This document shows, one piece after another, positions 29,936 through 39,616 of a stretch of DNA of 64,000 nt. The DNA is from a virus: the IMG/VR virus record IMGVR_UViG_3300037493_004064, positions 23,737 to 87,736 of that record; one strand, 5' to 3'. The position numbers and the translations under genes are program-made. Under the pieces are notes generated by a model, which saw nothing but the letters and a program-made list of their open reading frames with translations, was not told the origin of the DNA and searched no databases. Each line of letters begins with the position of its first letter. The stretch's first letter is position 1.

Positions 29936-30549
29936 TGATAACTTTAACATATTCAATAGAAGGCTTTATTAAAATATATGACCCCAATACCGGTGAAGTT
30001 TTTGAGGAAAAGAAGAATGCCATCAACTACGAAACCATGTCTGAGGCTCTGGCAGATACACTTAGTAGCCGTGGTTACGGAGAAATCTATCAAATGGCAT
30101 TCGGTAACGGCGGAGCGTCAGTGGCAGAAACGGGCGTCATTACATATCTGCCCCCGAATACCACTGGCCAAAACGCCGCTCTTTACAATCAGACATATGA
30201 AAAAATCGTAGACGACACCAGCGTTTTCAACCTGGATCCTACTAGAAACAAAATGACAGTGACACACACCACAAGCAAGGTGTACACTGACATTCTGGTT
30301 CAATGTCTGTTAGATTATGGTGAACCGTCGGGACAGGCAGCGTTTGATAACAGCACCCAGACCGATTCCACGTATGTTTTTGATGAATTGGGGCTTCTGG
30401 CGAACTACGGCACAGATTCCAGCGGTAACATCATAACCCGGCTACTCACTCACGTTATTTTTCACCCTGTTCAAAAGAGTTTGAATAGACAAATCCAGAT
30501 AGATTATACTGTGCGTATCCAGGCGTTAACTAATATGGTTACTATCTAG
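29935..30549 (+). CDS. conserved baseplate/virion structural protein
   Basis: MAFGNGG...FDELGL...LLTHVIFHPVQKSLNR.IQIDYTVRI; fibre-attachment-like position. Confidence 0.6.
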   Translation: MITLTYSIEGFIKIYDPNTGEVFEEKKNAINYETMSEALADTLSSRGYGEIYQMAFGNGGASVAETGVITYLPPNTTGQNAALYNQTYEKIVDDTSVFNLDPTRNKMTVTHTTSKVYTDILVQCLLDYGEPSGQAAFDNSTQTDSTYVFDELGLLANYGTDSSGNIITRLLTHVIFHPVQKSLNRQIQIDYTVRIQALTNMVTI

Positions 30550-30556
30550 ATAAATA
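30549..30556 (+). promoter_or_regulatory. late promoter (GATAAATA)
   Basis: At the gene junction, about 20 nt before ATG 30576. Confidence 0.7.
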
Positions 30557-30575
30557 CAATATCGGAAAGAATAAA

Positions 30576-31778
30576 ATGGCATATACAATTGTTAAAAGTG
30601 ACGGAACAGTACTGACTACTATCGCAGATGGTACTATTAACACCACTAGCACAACTCAGGGACTTCCGGGTAGAAATTATGCAGGTTACGGGGCTACATT
30701 GGACACGAACATTGTCCACCAACTTGAAAATTTTGCCTACACATCACCTCCGGCAAACCCAATTCGCGGTCAACTATGGTATAACACAAACGCCAATGCG
30801 CTATGTGTCTGCCCTGCTGACGGAACAACCAACCCGGCATCATGGTTGACTCTGGCTCAATCTGGCAGTTCAGGGACAACAACATTCGGTGCAGTTACAG
30901 TAACCGGTGATCTTCAGGCAAATAACGTCATTGCCACTAACAACGTATCTGGTGCCAATGGCACCTTTACTAATTTATCGGTGACCGCAGTAGCAACTAT
31001 TGCCACTGCAAATGTCACCACGCTCAACGTAGGAACTGCAAATACACGAATTATTACAACTGGCGCCGCAGGAACAACTGGGGCCATGACAGGAACATGG
31101 ACAGTCACAGGAACAGGAAATGCGTTTACTGTTGCCGGTGGTAACCTTAGCACAGTTGGTATCAGAACTGACAACTATTTCTATGCAAACGGAGACCCTG
31201 TGTCGTTCGCCGGAACGTATGATGATGCGAATGTGGGCGCGTATCTACCAACTTATACTGGTACAGTCGGTGCTGCATCGGGTGTAGTCATCTTCCGTGG
31301 AGGAAACTTAACATCTGGTGGCACAGCCAACGTGGGCGCCATTACTGGTAACTGGACATTAACTGCAGGCTCAAAATTTAATGCAACTTACGCTGACTTG
31401 GCTGAAAGATTTGCCGCTGATGCTGAATATGAAGCAGGAACCGTTGTGGAAATCGGTGGTTCAGCAGAGATTACCGCAGTGAAGGATGCATTGAGTGAAA
31501 ATGTGCTCGGTGTCATCAGTACAAATGCTGCATATCTAATGAACGCTGGGGCCGGTGATGACAAAACTCATCCGGCTGTGGCGATTGGTGGACGGGTGCC
31601 AGTTAAGGTATTGGGTCTGGTAAGAAAAGGTGACAGATTAGTAAGTGCCGGAGATGGTGTTGCGATGGCAGCCGGGCAAGGCGAGGCATCTGCGTTTAAT
31701 ACAATTGGACGATCACTTGAAGATAAGTATACAACTGATTTAGGCACTGTCGTAGCAATCGTAACAATTAAAGGATAA
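30576..31778 (+). CDS. tail fibre/spike protein with C-terminal intramolecular chaperone-like domain
   Basis: N-terminal GRNYAGYG...LENFA...P.NP..GQLWY attachment motif; Thr/Gly-rich shaft; C-terminal YADLAERF...GTVV.IGG...GRVPVKV.G...KGDRLVS. Confidence 0.72.
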   Translation: MAYTIVKSDGTVLTTIADGTINTTSTTQGLPGRNYAGYGATLDTNIVHQLENFAYTSPPANPIRGQLWYNTNANALCVCPADGTTNPASWLTLAQSGSSGTTTFGAVTVTGDLQANNVIATNNVSGANGTFTNLSVTAVATIATANVTTLNVGTANTRIITTGAAGTTGAMTGTWTVTGTGNAFTVAGGNLSTVGIRTDNYFYANGDPVSFAGTYDDANVGAYLPTYTGTVGAASGVVIFRGGNLTSGGTANVGAITGNWTLTAGSKFNATYADLAERFAADAEYEAGTVVEIGGSAEITAVKDALSENVLGVISTNAAYLMNAGAGDDKTHPAVAIGGRVPVKVLGLVRKGDRLVSAGDGVAMAAGQGEASAFNTIGRSLEDKYTTDLGTVVAIVTIKG

Positions 31779-31781
31779 AAA

Positions 31782-32735
31782 ATGACTTGGGCACAATATG
31801 GATTAGTACAATCTACCGACTTTAATACAATGGTTGGTGGTAACCCAACAACTACGGCCAACGTGCTAAACACAGTCTGGGCAACAGGTGGGACAAAGAA
31901 TGGTTACGGACAAACTGCAATCGCAAACGTGGCTGTTGGTCAATCAGTCGGTGCCACTGAGTGGAGCAACCTAACTGGTAAAACATCCAACTGTGGCTCA
32001 CACCAAGGTTCTTCGTTGAGCAGCATTACGACTCCGGTTGTCGGTGGGACAGTTACTTATCAGGCTAACATTCAGACCAACTTAAATACAATTTATTCCA
32101 ACAAATTAAACGCCGCCACACAAGGAACTACCTCTTCTAACACCGCAACATACGCAAGTACTTGGGTAAATGCAATTACTTTCGTTCATACAGCGACATT
32201 TGCCAACGGCGATGCTGCTCGGTATTTCTTTAATTCAGGTGGCCAACTCTCACTGACATGTTCACACCCAGCTGGTACCGGGATAAACCTGTTACTAAAT
32301 GGTTTGGCATCTAATATCGGCACACTTACTATGAGCGCACCCACTTCTGAAACTATCACTGTGGTTGGTGGCTCGTACACAGGCCTAACTAGAGTCGGCG
32401 GTGGTGGCACTTCTCCGACAGTGTATGTCACTGGATCCGGATACTTCGCTCAGACAATTACGAATGCCAACGTATACTTCCAGACGGCTTCGACTGGCCC
32501 TGGAGCATATCTCGGCACGTTCATTAACCTACTGACTAAGTCCAATGGTACCCAAGGTGGTAACGGAGATGCCGGAAGTATTATTACCTTCTATACTGTT
32601 TGGGATGAAATTCCAAACGGCCTTACTGTGTCAGCCGGCTCAGCGACAACCCTCACAGTGAAACCACCGGAACTAACATATCTGGCAAACACCTGGGGTA
32701 CAATTACCCTAGCTGGTTCAGTTTCGGGTAGTTAA
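31782..32735 (+). CDS. Thr/Gly-rich virion structural protein
   Basis: F.....ARYFFNSGG motif; beta-rich composition; follows the fibre gene. Confidence 0.55.
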   Translation: MTWAQYGLVQSTDFNTMVGGNPTTTANVLNTVWATGGTKNGYGQTAIANVAVGQSVGATEWSNLTGKTSNCGSHQGSSLSSITTPVVGGTVTYQANIQTNLNTIYSNKLNAATQGTTSSNTATYASTWVNAITFVHTATFANGDAARYFFNSGGQLSLTCSHPAGTGINLLLNGLASNIGTLTMSAPTSETITVVGGSYTGLTRVGGGGTSPTVYVTGSGYFAQTITNANVYFQTASTGPGAYLGTFINLLTKSNGTQGGNGDAGSIITFYTVWDEIPNGLTVSAGSATTLTVKPPELTYLANTWGTITLAGSVSGS

Positions 32736-32760
32736 TTAATTTCGCCCCCCTCAAATCCAT

Positions 32761-32767
32761 CTAAATA
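32761..32767 (+). promoter_or_regulatory. late promoter (CTAAATA) heading the glyco-enzyme cluster
   Basis: Intergenic, followed by AGGAG Shine-Dalgarno and ATG 32784. Confidence 0.65.
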
Positions 32768-32783
32768 CTCATAGGAGTGATAG

Positions 32784-33101
32784 ATGGATACCACACAATT
32801 AATCGCCGATGTGAAGGCGCGTTTCGCCCACAACTCAGCCAAAGCCTATCTCAAAGACAAATACGCCAGCAAACTAATAGTTGCCGAACAGGGTGGTCTT
32901 TGGACTGCTGGCCCCGAGTTAATAGCATTTCTTGCCGCCCAGAGTGACTTCACCATAGACGACACCGTAATTCTTATTGACAATTTTGATAATCCGGTAC
33001 AGGTTAATGGCCCATCTCTATTGGCCATTCTTCAGAAAACGTATAACACGGTGATGAACGCCTGGTACGCCGAGTGGAAAGAACTTGAGAGCAAGAGATG
33101 A
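32784..33101 (+). CDS. hypothetical protein (105 aa)
   Basis: Good Shine-Dalgarno; ATGA-coupled to the next gene. Confidence 0.7.
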   Translation: MDTTQLIADVKARFAHNSAKAYLKDKYASKLIVAEQGGLWTAGPELIAFLAAQSDFTIDDTVILIDNFDNPVQVNGPSLLAILQKTYNTVMNAWYAEWKELESKR

Positions 33102-33895
33102 GTCGAGGAGTACTGCTTTTTGCGTTTAACAACGAAAAGTTCAACTACTATGACATGGCCGTGGCAACGGCGAAGCGTGTAAATCACTTTCTTAATCTGC
33201 CTGTTACCATAGTAACGGATACAGAGTCATCGCGCCGGTGCATTCCGGTTTTTGATCAGACATTATTGGTACCGGCCGACAAGAGTAACCGACGAGACTA
33301 TTCAACCTGGATTAATAAGGGTCGCTATCGTGCATATGCTCTTAGTCCGTATGATGAAACGATCCTGTTGGATACTGACTACATGATCAACTCCGATACT
33401 CTGTTGAAAACATTTGACTTCTGTGATGATTTCTGTTGCCACGATACCACCAGTTTTTTGATGCACCCGGGTGTTCCTCAGGAAGTTCTCAGTGCCTATT
33501 CCCTTAACACTCTGTGGGCAACTGTGGTAACCTTTAGGAAAACAAGAAGGGCCGAACAAATATTTGGTTGTCTGGAAATGGTTCAGAAGAACTACGACCA
33601 TTACGCAAACATTCATAACTTCGTCGGCGGGGTATTTCGTAATGACTATGCCCTGACTCTGGCCCTACGGATAGTTAACGGACACTCCGAAAATAAGCAA
33701 GATATCATCCCTTGGAATCTTGTTCATGTTGGCAAGAACACTTCAATATTTAGAAATTCCGATGATGAACTCAACACTGAATATACTGTTATTTTTGACA
33801 GCTGGAAACGAGCCAAGATAAAGAAGGAGTATATCACTCTGAAGGATATGGACTTTCATTGTATGAACAAGGCTAACTTTATGGAGTTGATATGA
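33098..33895 (+). CDS. GT-A fold glycosyltransferase-like protein
   Basis: RGVLLFA...SPYDETILLDTDY (DxD motif)...WATVVTFRK...FRNDYA. Confidence 0.65.
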   Translation: MSRGVLLFAFNNEKFNYYDMAVATAKRVNHFLNLPVTIVTDTESSRRCIPVFDQTLLVPADKSNRRDYSTWINKGRYRAYALSPYDETILLDTDYMINSDTLLKTFDFCDDFCCHDTTSFLMHPGVPQEVLSAYSLNTLWATVVTFRKTRRAEQIFGCLEMVQKNYDHYANIHNFVGGVFRNDYALTLALRIVNGHSENKQDIIPWNLVHVGKNTSIFRNSDDELNTEYTVIFDSWKRAKIKKEYITLKDMDFHCMNKANFMELI

Positions 33896-34677
33896 CCCGC
33901 GGCTTTGTAATCCTGGCAGTTGATGCCGGCGGCACTGACTATCTGAAGTGCGCCCGAACGTTGGCCAAGTCAATTAGAACTTGTATGCCGAATGAATCTA
34001 TTACTCTCATATCTGATCATACTGAACCCGATGAATTGTTTGATACCGTTGTCCAATTACCACATGGTGACCTTGCCCCAAAGAGCGCATGGAAACTCAT
34101 CAACGATTGGCAAGTGTATGAAGCCAGCCCGTATGATTACACCATAAAACTTGAAGCCGACATGATTATCCCACGGTCCATTGAATACTGGTGGGACGTT
34201 TTATGTGGGCGTGACCTTGTTGTGAGTTCCACCATTAGAAACTTCAAAGGAGAGATATCAGATTGCAGGGTATACAGACGATTCATTGATGACAATAAGT
34301 TACCTGATGCATATAACTCCATAACCTATTTTAAAAAATCAGATGTGGCCAAGAAGTTCTTTGAAATTGTCCGTGATATATTTGAAAACTGGACGGACTA
34401 TCGCGCCTTGATGAAATGTTCCTCACAGGAAGAAGCCACTACTGACTGGGTGTATGCCATTGCCTGCCACATAATGGGCATGGAGAAAACAATGTTACCA
34501 ACCTTCACAGAAATGAGCATGGTTCATATGAAGCAATATGTTAACGGACTGCCACACGAAGACTGGACTAAGGTGTTGGTCACTGAGTTTCGCCCTATGC
34601 GTGTCAACTCATACATTCAGTTGCACCCGTTCCACTATCATCAGAAGTCATTTTCTGATACAATAGATCATGGATGA
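33892..34677 (+). CDS. GT-A fold glycosyltransferase-like protein (paralog of the previous gene)
   Basis: RGFVILA...SPYDYTIKLEADM (ExD)...YFKKS...TDWVYA...PFHYH.K. Confidence 0.62.
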   Translation: MTRGFVILAVDAGGTDYLKCARTLAKSIRTCMPNESITLISDHTEPDELFDTVVQLPHGDLAPKSAWKLINDWQVYEASPYDYTIKLEADMIIPRSIEYWWDVLCGRDLVVSSTIRNFKGEISDCRVYRRFIDDNKLPDAYNSITYFKKSDVAKKFFEIVRDIFENWTDYRALMKCSSQEEATTDWVYAIACHIMGMEKTMLPTFTEMSMVHMKQYVNGLPHEDWTKVLVTEFRPMRVNSYIQLHPFHYHQKSFSDTIDHG

Positions 34678-35008
34678 AAATAACTTTACTATAATCTGGG
34701 AAGCACCTAAAATCGTAAAACCCGAGTTTCGTTTATACTACGATGAAGCCGGTAAGGTGATTTGTTATACATGCGACACCACGTTGCCCGGTAACTTTGT
34801 CGTGGTAGATTCCTCAACTTTTGCCCAAAGTCGCCCTGATCTAAGAGTAGTCAATGGTAAACTAGTAGAGGGCATCTCGGCAGTTGTCGTCTCCAGATTA
34901 GTTCCGGGCCCGGGTATTAGGTGTGCCGCAGAAGATTTTAACATCGTCGTTGGTGATGATTACCAAGGCGAAACAATAACATGGAAATTACAAACGTATG
35001 AACTCTGA
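34670..35008 (+). CDS. hypothetical protein (112 aa)
   Basis: Overlap-coupled ORF; FRLYYDE.G..ICY. Confidence 0.65.
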   Translation: MDENNFTIIWEAPKIVKPEFRLYYDEAGKVICYTCDTTLPGNFVVVDSSTFAQSRPDLRVVNGKLVEGISAVVVSRLVPGPGIRCAAEDFNIVVGDDYQGETITWKLQTYEL

Positions 35009-35951
35009 TATAGTTGATGTTGCTGATTTAGATTGCGTATACCTAAGTTATGACGAGCCGCAGAAAGAAGAATTCTGGCTGAGAATTAAGAATATGGTGC
35101 CGTGGGCAAAGAGAGTTGATAATGTCAAAGGCTCTGATGCAGCACACAAGGCAGCAGGGGAAGCAAGCGACACAGAACGATTCATCCTGATCGACGGTGA
35201 CAACATGCCCGACGAGTCCTTCTTCAACATTCAACTGGATTTCACTGGTAAGGATGACACGTTTAAACTTGGGCAATTCCGTTGGAAAGCCATCAATAGC
35301 ATCAACGGGCTGCGTTACGGCAACGGGGGCATGTCCTCTTGGACAAAGACGTATGTACGCGAGATGAAAACTCACGAACATCAGGATGAGGGTGATGTAT
35401 CCAGGATTGCTGATTTCTGTCTGGACAGCAAAGACAATCTTTACTGGGCCATGAACGACTGCTACTCCACAACATACCCGAACCACACCCCGTTTCAGGC
35501 ATGGCGTGCCGGCTTCAGAGAAGGTGTCAAGATGTGTCTGGTCAAAGGCGCCCGTCCTACAGTAGACGAATTTAAGGATAACGTGGCCAGTCGCAACCTG
35601 AACAATTTGACTATTTGGCATAACGTCGGTGCAGATGTGGAGAACGGTTACTATGCGATGTACGGGGCACAGTATGGGACATACATGACTTTGCTCACCA
35701 ATTGGAATCCGCATGATGTGCAATGGTTTGATAATTACCCCATACTATGGGAAGATTTCCAGAAAACCAAATACAACGATGAATTTTTGTATCAGATGAG
35801 TGAGTCACTGAAAGATAAACTTGGACTGCCCATATGCACTTTGAATCCGGAGCAAAGCAAATTCTTTAAGCGACACTATAATGCTGATAAGTACAACATG
35901 GGTCCTCTGGTCAGAGAGATGGACGTAATAAGAAAGCACGAAGGTTGGTAA
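34998..35951 (+). CDS. glycosyltransferase-like protein (DGDN motif)
   Basis: YLSYDEP...VKGSDAAHKAA...F.LIDGDN...NGL.YGNGG...AWRAGFREGVK. Confidence 0.6.
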   Translation: MNSDIVDVADLDCVYLSYDEPQKEEFWLRIKNMVPWAKRVDNVKGSDAAHKAAGEASDTERFILIDGDNMPDESFFNIQLDFTGKDDTFKLGQFRWKAINSINGLRYGNGGMSSWTKTYVREMKTHEHQDEGDVSRIADFCLDSKDNLYWAMNDCYSTTYPNHTPFQAWRAGFREGVKMCLVKGARPTVDEFKDNVASRNLNNLTIWHNVGADVENGYYAMYGAQYGTYMTLLTNWNPHDVQWFDNYPILWEDFQKTKYNDEFLYQMSESLKDKLGLPICTLNPEQSKFFKRHYNADKYNMGPLVREMDVIRKHEGW

Positions 35952-37534
35952 TGCAAAAACAAGTAAAAGACATAATTTGGTTAACAGATATCGGGTCAGA
36001 TAGGATTCAGAATAACCCGGTAAATATTGACAAGGCAAAAGACCTACTGAATAGCACCGGCCCTGGATTTTGTCTGGCAAAGTTTACACAGGTAACGATG
36101 CACCTGGGCACTGGTATGACTCATGCGTGTCACCATCCTAGTCCACATGCTATTCCTCTTGAAGAAATAGAAAATAACCCTGCGGCTTTGTTTAACACGA
36201 AGCATTTGAAACAAGCAAGGAAGGAAATGCTTGCTGGTGGGAAACCGGCAGAGTGTGATTACTGTTGGCGGATTGAAAATAATAAGAGCCCTAGTGACCG
36301 ATACTTTAAAAGTCTGGAGCCATGGGCACTGTCAAAGCACGACGAGATTCAAGCCAGTGACCCTGAATCGGACTTTTTCCCAACGTATCTTGAGGTAGAT
36401 TTCAGTAATGTATGTAACTTCAAATGTGTGTACTGTGGACCTGAGTATAGCACCAAGTGGGTTGAGGATCTGAAACAGCATGGTCCAATAAAGTTGTTGG
36501 AGAACACACACCATGTTCAATGGGCACAGGGTTACCAAAAAAATCTTGATGATCTTGCATATAAGAACAGCGAGTTTAATCCTTACCTTGATGCATTCTG
36601 GAAATGGTTTCCTGAGGCATATAAACATCTCAAGGTGTATCGTATAACTGGTGGAGAACCGCTGCTGACTAAAGAAACATTTAGGAGTATGGATTGGTTC
36701 ATTGAGAACCCTAATAAGGATCTGGAATTCAACATCAATACTAACCTAAGCGCCCCTGATAAACTATGGGATGCATTTGTCAGCAAGATAAAGGTGATAT
36801 CAAGTAACCAATGTGTAAAGAAATTTACTGTTTTCACTAGTGTAGATGGATGGGGGAAGCGCGCCGAATATGCCAGACCCGGGTTAGATTTTGGGGTGTT
36901 GCAGGACCGCGTCGAGCAACTGTTGAAAATCGGTAACATTCGCGTTACCATAATGTGTACGTTTAACATTTTTAGCATTTCCAGTATTAAGGAATTATTG
37001 GAATGGCAAGTAGGACTAAAGAGACAATACAACAACAATGCACAGGGCGCAGATTGGGAAGTGGAAATGGGATTCAATTTAAATGGCACCGGTGATCCCT
37101 TTGCCATACGAAAGATGAAAAATCCTGACCATTACGCAACTGTTGGTATAGACACACCATACTTACGTAGCCCGACATGCCTTGATGCCCAGTACATCGA
37201 CCACAGTATCATACAAAAGTATCTGATACCGGCAATGAATTATGTAGCTGAAAACACAGCAACGCATACATGGAATAGCCATCAAGGATTTGAAGATTAC
37301 GAACTGGAAAAGTTCAAACGAATATGCCTACAGATAATGGGACACGATAAAAATAATGTGCAGAACGGAGACACCCGGGACACCATAGTAAACCGTGCTA
37401 AGTTCTTTGACTTCGTAAACGAGATTGACCGTCGCCACGGCACTGATTTCTTAGTGACTTTTCCTGAAATGACAGACTTCTATGAGTTGTGTGAACGAAT
37501 GAACAAAGAAGTCCGGGAAGGAAAACATGTCTGA
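35951..37534 (+). CDS. radical SAM protein with N-terminal auxiliary Cys cluster (twitch/SPASM-like)
   Basis: CNFKCVYC and GGEPLL; N-terminal C..K...CHHP...CDYCW; start at ATG 35951 (TAATG overlap). Confidence 0.85.
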   Translation: MQKQVKDIIWLTDIGSDRIQNNPVNIDKAKDLLNSTGPGFCLAKFTQVTMHLGTGMTHACHHPSPHAIPLEEIENNPAALFNTKHLKQARKEMLAGGKPAECDYCWRIENNKSPSDRYFKSLEPWALSKHDEIQASDPESDFFPTYLEVDFSNVCNFKCVYCGPEYSTKWVEDLKQHGPIKLLENTHHVQWAQGYQKNLDDLAYKNSEFNPYLDAFWKWFPEAYKHLKVYRITGGEPLLTKETFRSMDWFIENPNKDLEFNINTNLSAPDKLWDAFVSKIKVISSNQCVKKFTVFTSVDGWGKRAEYARPGLDFGVLQDRVEQLLKIGNIRVTIMCTFNIFSISSIKELLEWQVGLKRQYNNNAQGADWEVEMGFNLNGTGDPFAIRKMKNPDHYATVGIDTPYLRSPTCLDAQYIDHSIIQKYLIPAMNYVAENTATHTWNSHQGFEDYELEKFKRICLQIMGHDKNNVQNGDTRDTIVNRAKFFDFVNEIDRRHGTDFLVTFPEMTDFYELCERMNKEVREGKHV

Positions 37535-38960
37535 ACATCTAATAACCTGGAGAGATGAGCAACTTAACACCATAAGCAAAAGTTTCTGTCCGGCTAAATG
37601 GTATAATGCAAGTATCTACTTGGGTTTTGGATACACTGGCTCATGCCACCATCCCCTGCCACACCCAATTAACAAGGAAGAAATTTTAATCAATCCCAAG
37701 GCCATTCACAATACTGCACACAAGAAGGAAGTCAGAAAGATGATGCTTGAGGGTATCCGGCCCGCAGAATGCGCCTATTGCTGGAAAGTAGAAGGCATGG
37801 GAAGAAATAACGTCAGTGACCGAGTGTACAAGAGCATAATTTATGATAACAATGATATAAAGGCCATTAAGGATATGCCATGGGATGCCGACGTTGAACT
37901 TAAAACGTTGGAGATTAGTTTTGATCGCCAATGCAACTTTGCATGTAGCTATTGCAATGCCGGCTATAGTTCAACATGGTCTCAGGACTTACAGACAAAT
38001 GGAGCATATCAAAACTTCATTGCTCCTGGTGGCGGTGGCGGTGCATATCAAACTGATGGAAGCTGGGCAGAAGCAAATGGTAGACATCTTGACGATAATC
38101 CATACACAGATGCCTTTTTTAAATGGTGGCCTGAGTTGTCAAAGAGTTTAGATGAAATCCGGATTACCGGCGGTGAAGCCACTGTCAGTCAAAACTTCTG
38201 GCGGTTCGTTGATATTATGCACCAATCCGAGTCACCAAATATGCGCTTTGCTGTCAATTCTAATTTAGGGATGAGTGAAAAGGCCCTTGAGAAACTTATT
38301 AAAATTACCCACACCTTACCAGTAAAGGAGTTTGACTTATTTACCAGCAATGAATGTTACGGGGCACATGCTGAATATGTGCGAGATGGTCTTAATTACA
38401 AGCAGTGGAGAACCAATATGGTGACCTTCATGGATAATGCCAAATTTAGATCACTGACTATTATGATGACTATAAACAATCTTACGCTGTTCAGTTTAAC
38501 TGATTTCATTGATGATATGATTGAGTTAAAGAAGAAATACGGAGTAGGTAGGCCTCTGATGGATTTGAACATTCTGCGATGGCCCAATTATATGAGCGTC
38601 CTTGTTCTCCCTGATGACATTAAGAGTGAATGCCATGCACAGATTAAGAATTGGTTTGCCGATGAGCAAAATACCAAGTACCTGGAGCCGAACGAAAGGG
38701 CCAGTATTCAACGATTAATCGATTATATTGAGGTAGTCGATAAGGCACACATAAATACCACTGATGACAAGTCTCTGTTATTTCATGATTTTAAAAGTTT
38801 TTATACCCAGTATGACACCCGCAGAAGTAAAAATCTAATGGAGACTTTTCCTAGGTTAGCCGATTGGTATGAGAAAATAGAACTGAAAAAGATATTTGAA
38901 ATAAAACCGTTAAACCAGACTGGAATAACACAGTATGAATTAGGAGAGTACAAGGGATGA
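37527..38960 (+). CDS. radical SAM protein, paralog of the previous gene
   Basis: CNFACSYC and TGGEA; N-terminal CPAKW...CHHP...CAYCW; C-terminal D.RR......FP. Confidence 0.85.
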   Translation: MSEHLITWRDEQLNTISKSFCPAKWYNASIYLGFGYTGSCHHPLPHPINKEEILINPKAIHNTAHKKEVRKMMLEGIRPAECAYCWKVEGMGRNNVSDRVYKSIIYDNNDIKAIKDMPWDADVELKTLEISFDRQCNFACSYCNAGYSSTWSQDLQTNGAYQNFIAPGGGGGAYQTDGSWAEANGRHLDDNPYTDAFFKWWPELSKSLDEIRITGGEATVSQNFWRFVDIMHQSESPNMRFAVNSNLGMSEKALEKLIKITHTLPVKEFDLFTSNECYGAHAEYVRDGLNYKQWRTNMVTFMDNAKFRSLTIMMTINNLTLFSLTDFIDDMIELKKKYGVGRPLMDLNILRWPNYMSVLVLPDDIKSECHAQIKNWFADEQNTKYLEPNERASIQRLIDYIEVVDKAHINTTDDKSLLFHDFKSFYTQYDTRRSKNLMETFPRLADWYEKIELKKIFEIKPLNQTGITQYELGEYKG

Positions 38961-39616
38961 TTGAAAAAGTAGTTGGATATGGGTGCAGTTTTATGCAAGG
39001 AGACTCAGTTGCTCCGGAACTGACATGGGCTGCATTACTGGCAAAGAAATTTAAAGTCCCATTGCGGAATAGAGGCCAAAATGCAGGGTCAAACAAATTG
39101 GCCATGATTTACCTATTTGAGGATATATGCAAGGGCGATTACAGCAATACTCTGGTATTGTTTTCATGGACAGGAATACAACGGTCTACTTTTTGGTGCG
39201 AACAAAAAGATTACAAGAAATGGATTCCGGTATTACCGGGGCATGAATCACCTGACAAGATCATTGCAAACATGAACTCGGCATACTATGCTGATCTGTA
39301 TTCGGATTATGAGGCGCTGCACACCTCTTATATGCAAAAGTTGTCAGTTCAGGCTTTGCTGAAGGCAAAGAACATACCATATATGTTTGTAAATTCATTT
39401 ACCGAAGATTTTATCCTTTACAATGATGATACCATGAAATCCTTTGCTGAAAACTTAGACACAGACAACTTTTTATTTGGGTACGAGGATTCGATTTACC
39501 AGCACGTTTGTTTAAATCTGAAGATGGTTGCTGAGGATAATTTCCATCCAAGTATTATGGGCCATGAATATGTGGCAGATGCAGCGCATAAGTTCCTACT
39601 TAGGAAAAAAAGATGA
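38957..39616 (+). CDS. SGNH/GDSL-like protein (GCS variant)
   Basis: GYGCSFMQG...G..AGSN...SWT...R...NFHPS..GH. Confidence 0.62.
   Translation: MIEKVVGYGCSFMQGDSVAPELTWAALLAKKFKVPLRNRGQNAGSNKLAMIYLFEDICKGDYSNTLVLFSWTGIQRSTFWCEQKDYKKWIPVLPGHESPDKIIANMNSAYYADLYSDYEALHTSYMQKLSVQALLKAKNIPYMFVNSFTEDFILYNDDTMKSFAENLDTDNFLFGYEDSIYQHVCLNLKMVAEDNFHPSIMGHEYVADAAHKFLLRKKR

Noticed and set aside
35043-37107. Long antisense ORFs (226 aa and 174 aa)
   Set aside because: They lie entirely opposite well-supported + strand genes and have no recognisable motifs or expression signals.
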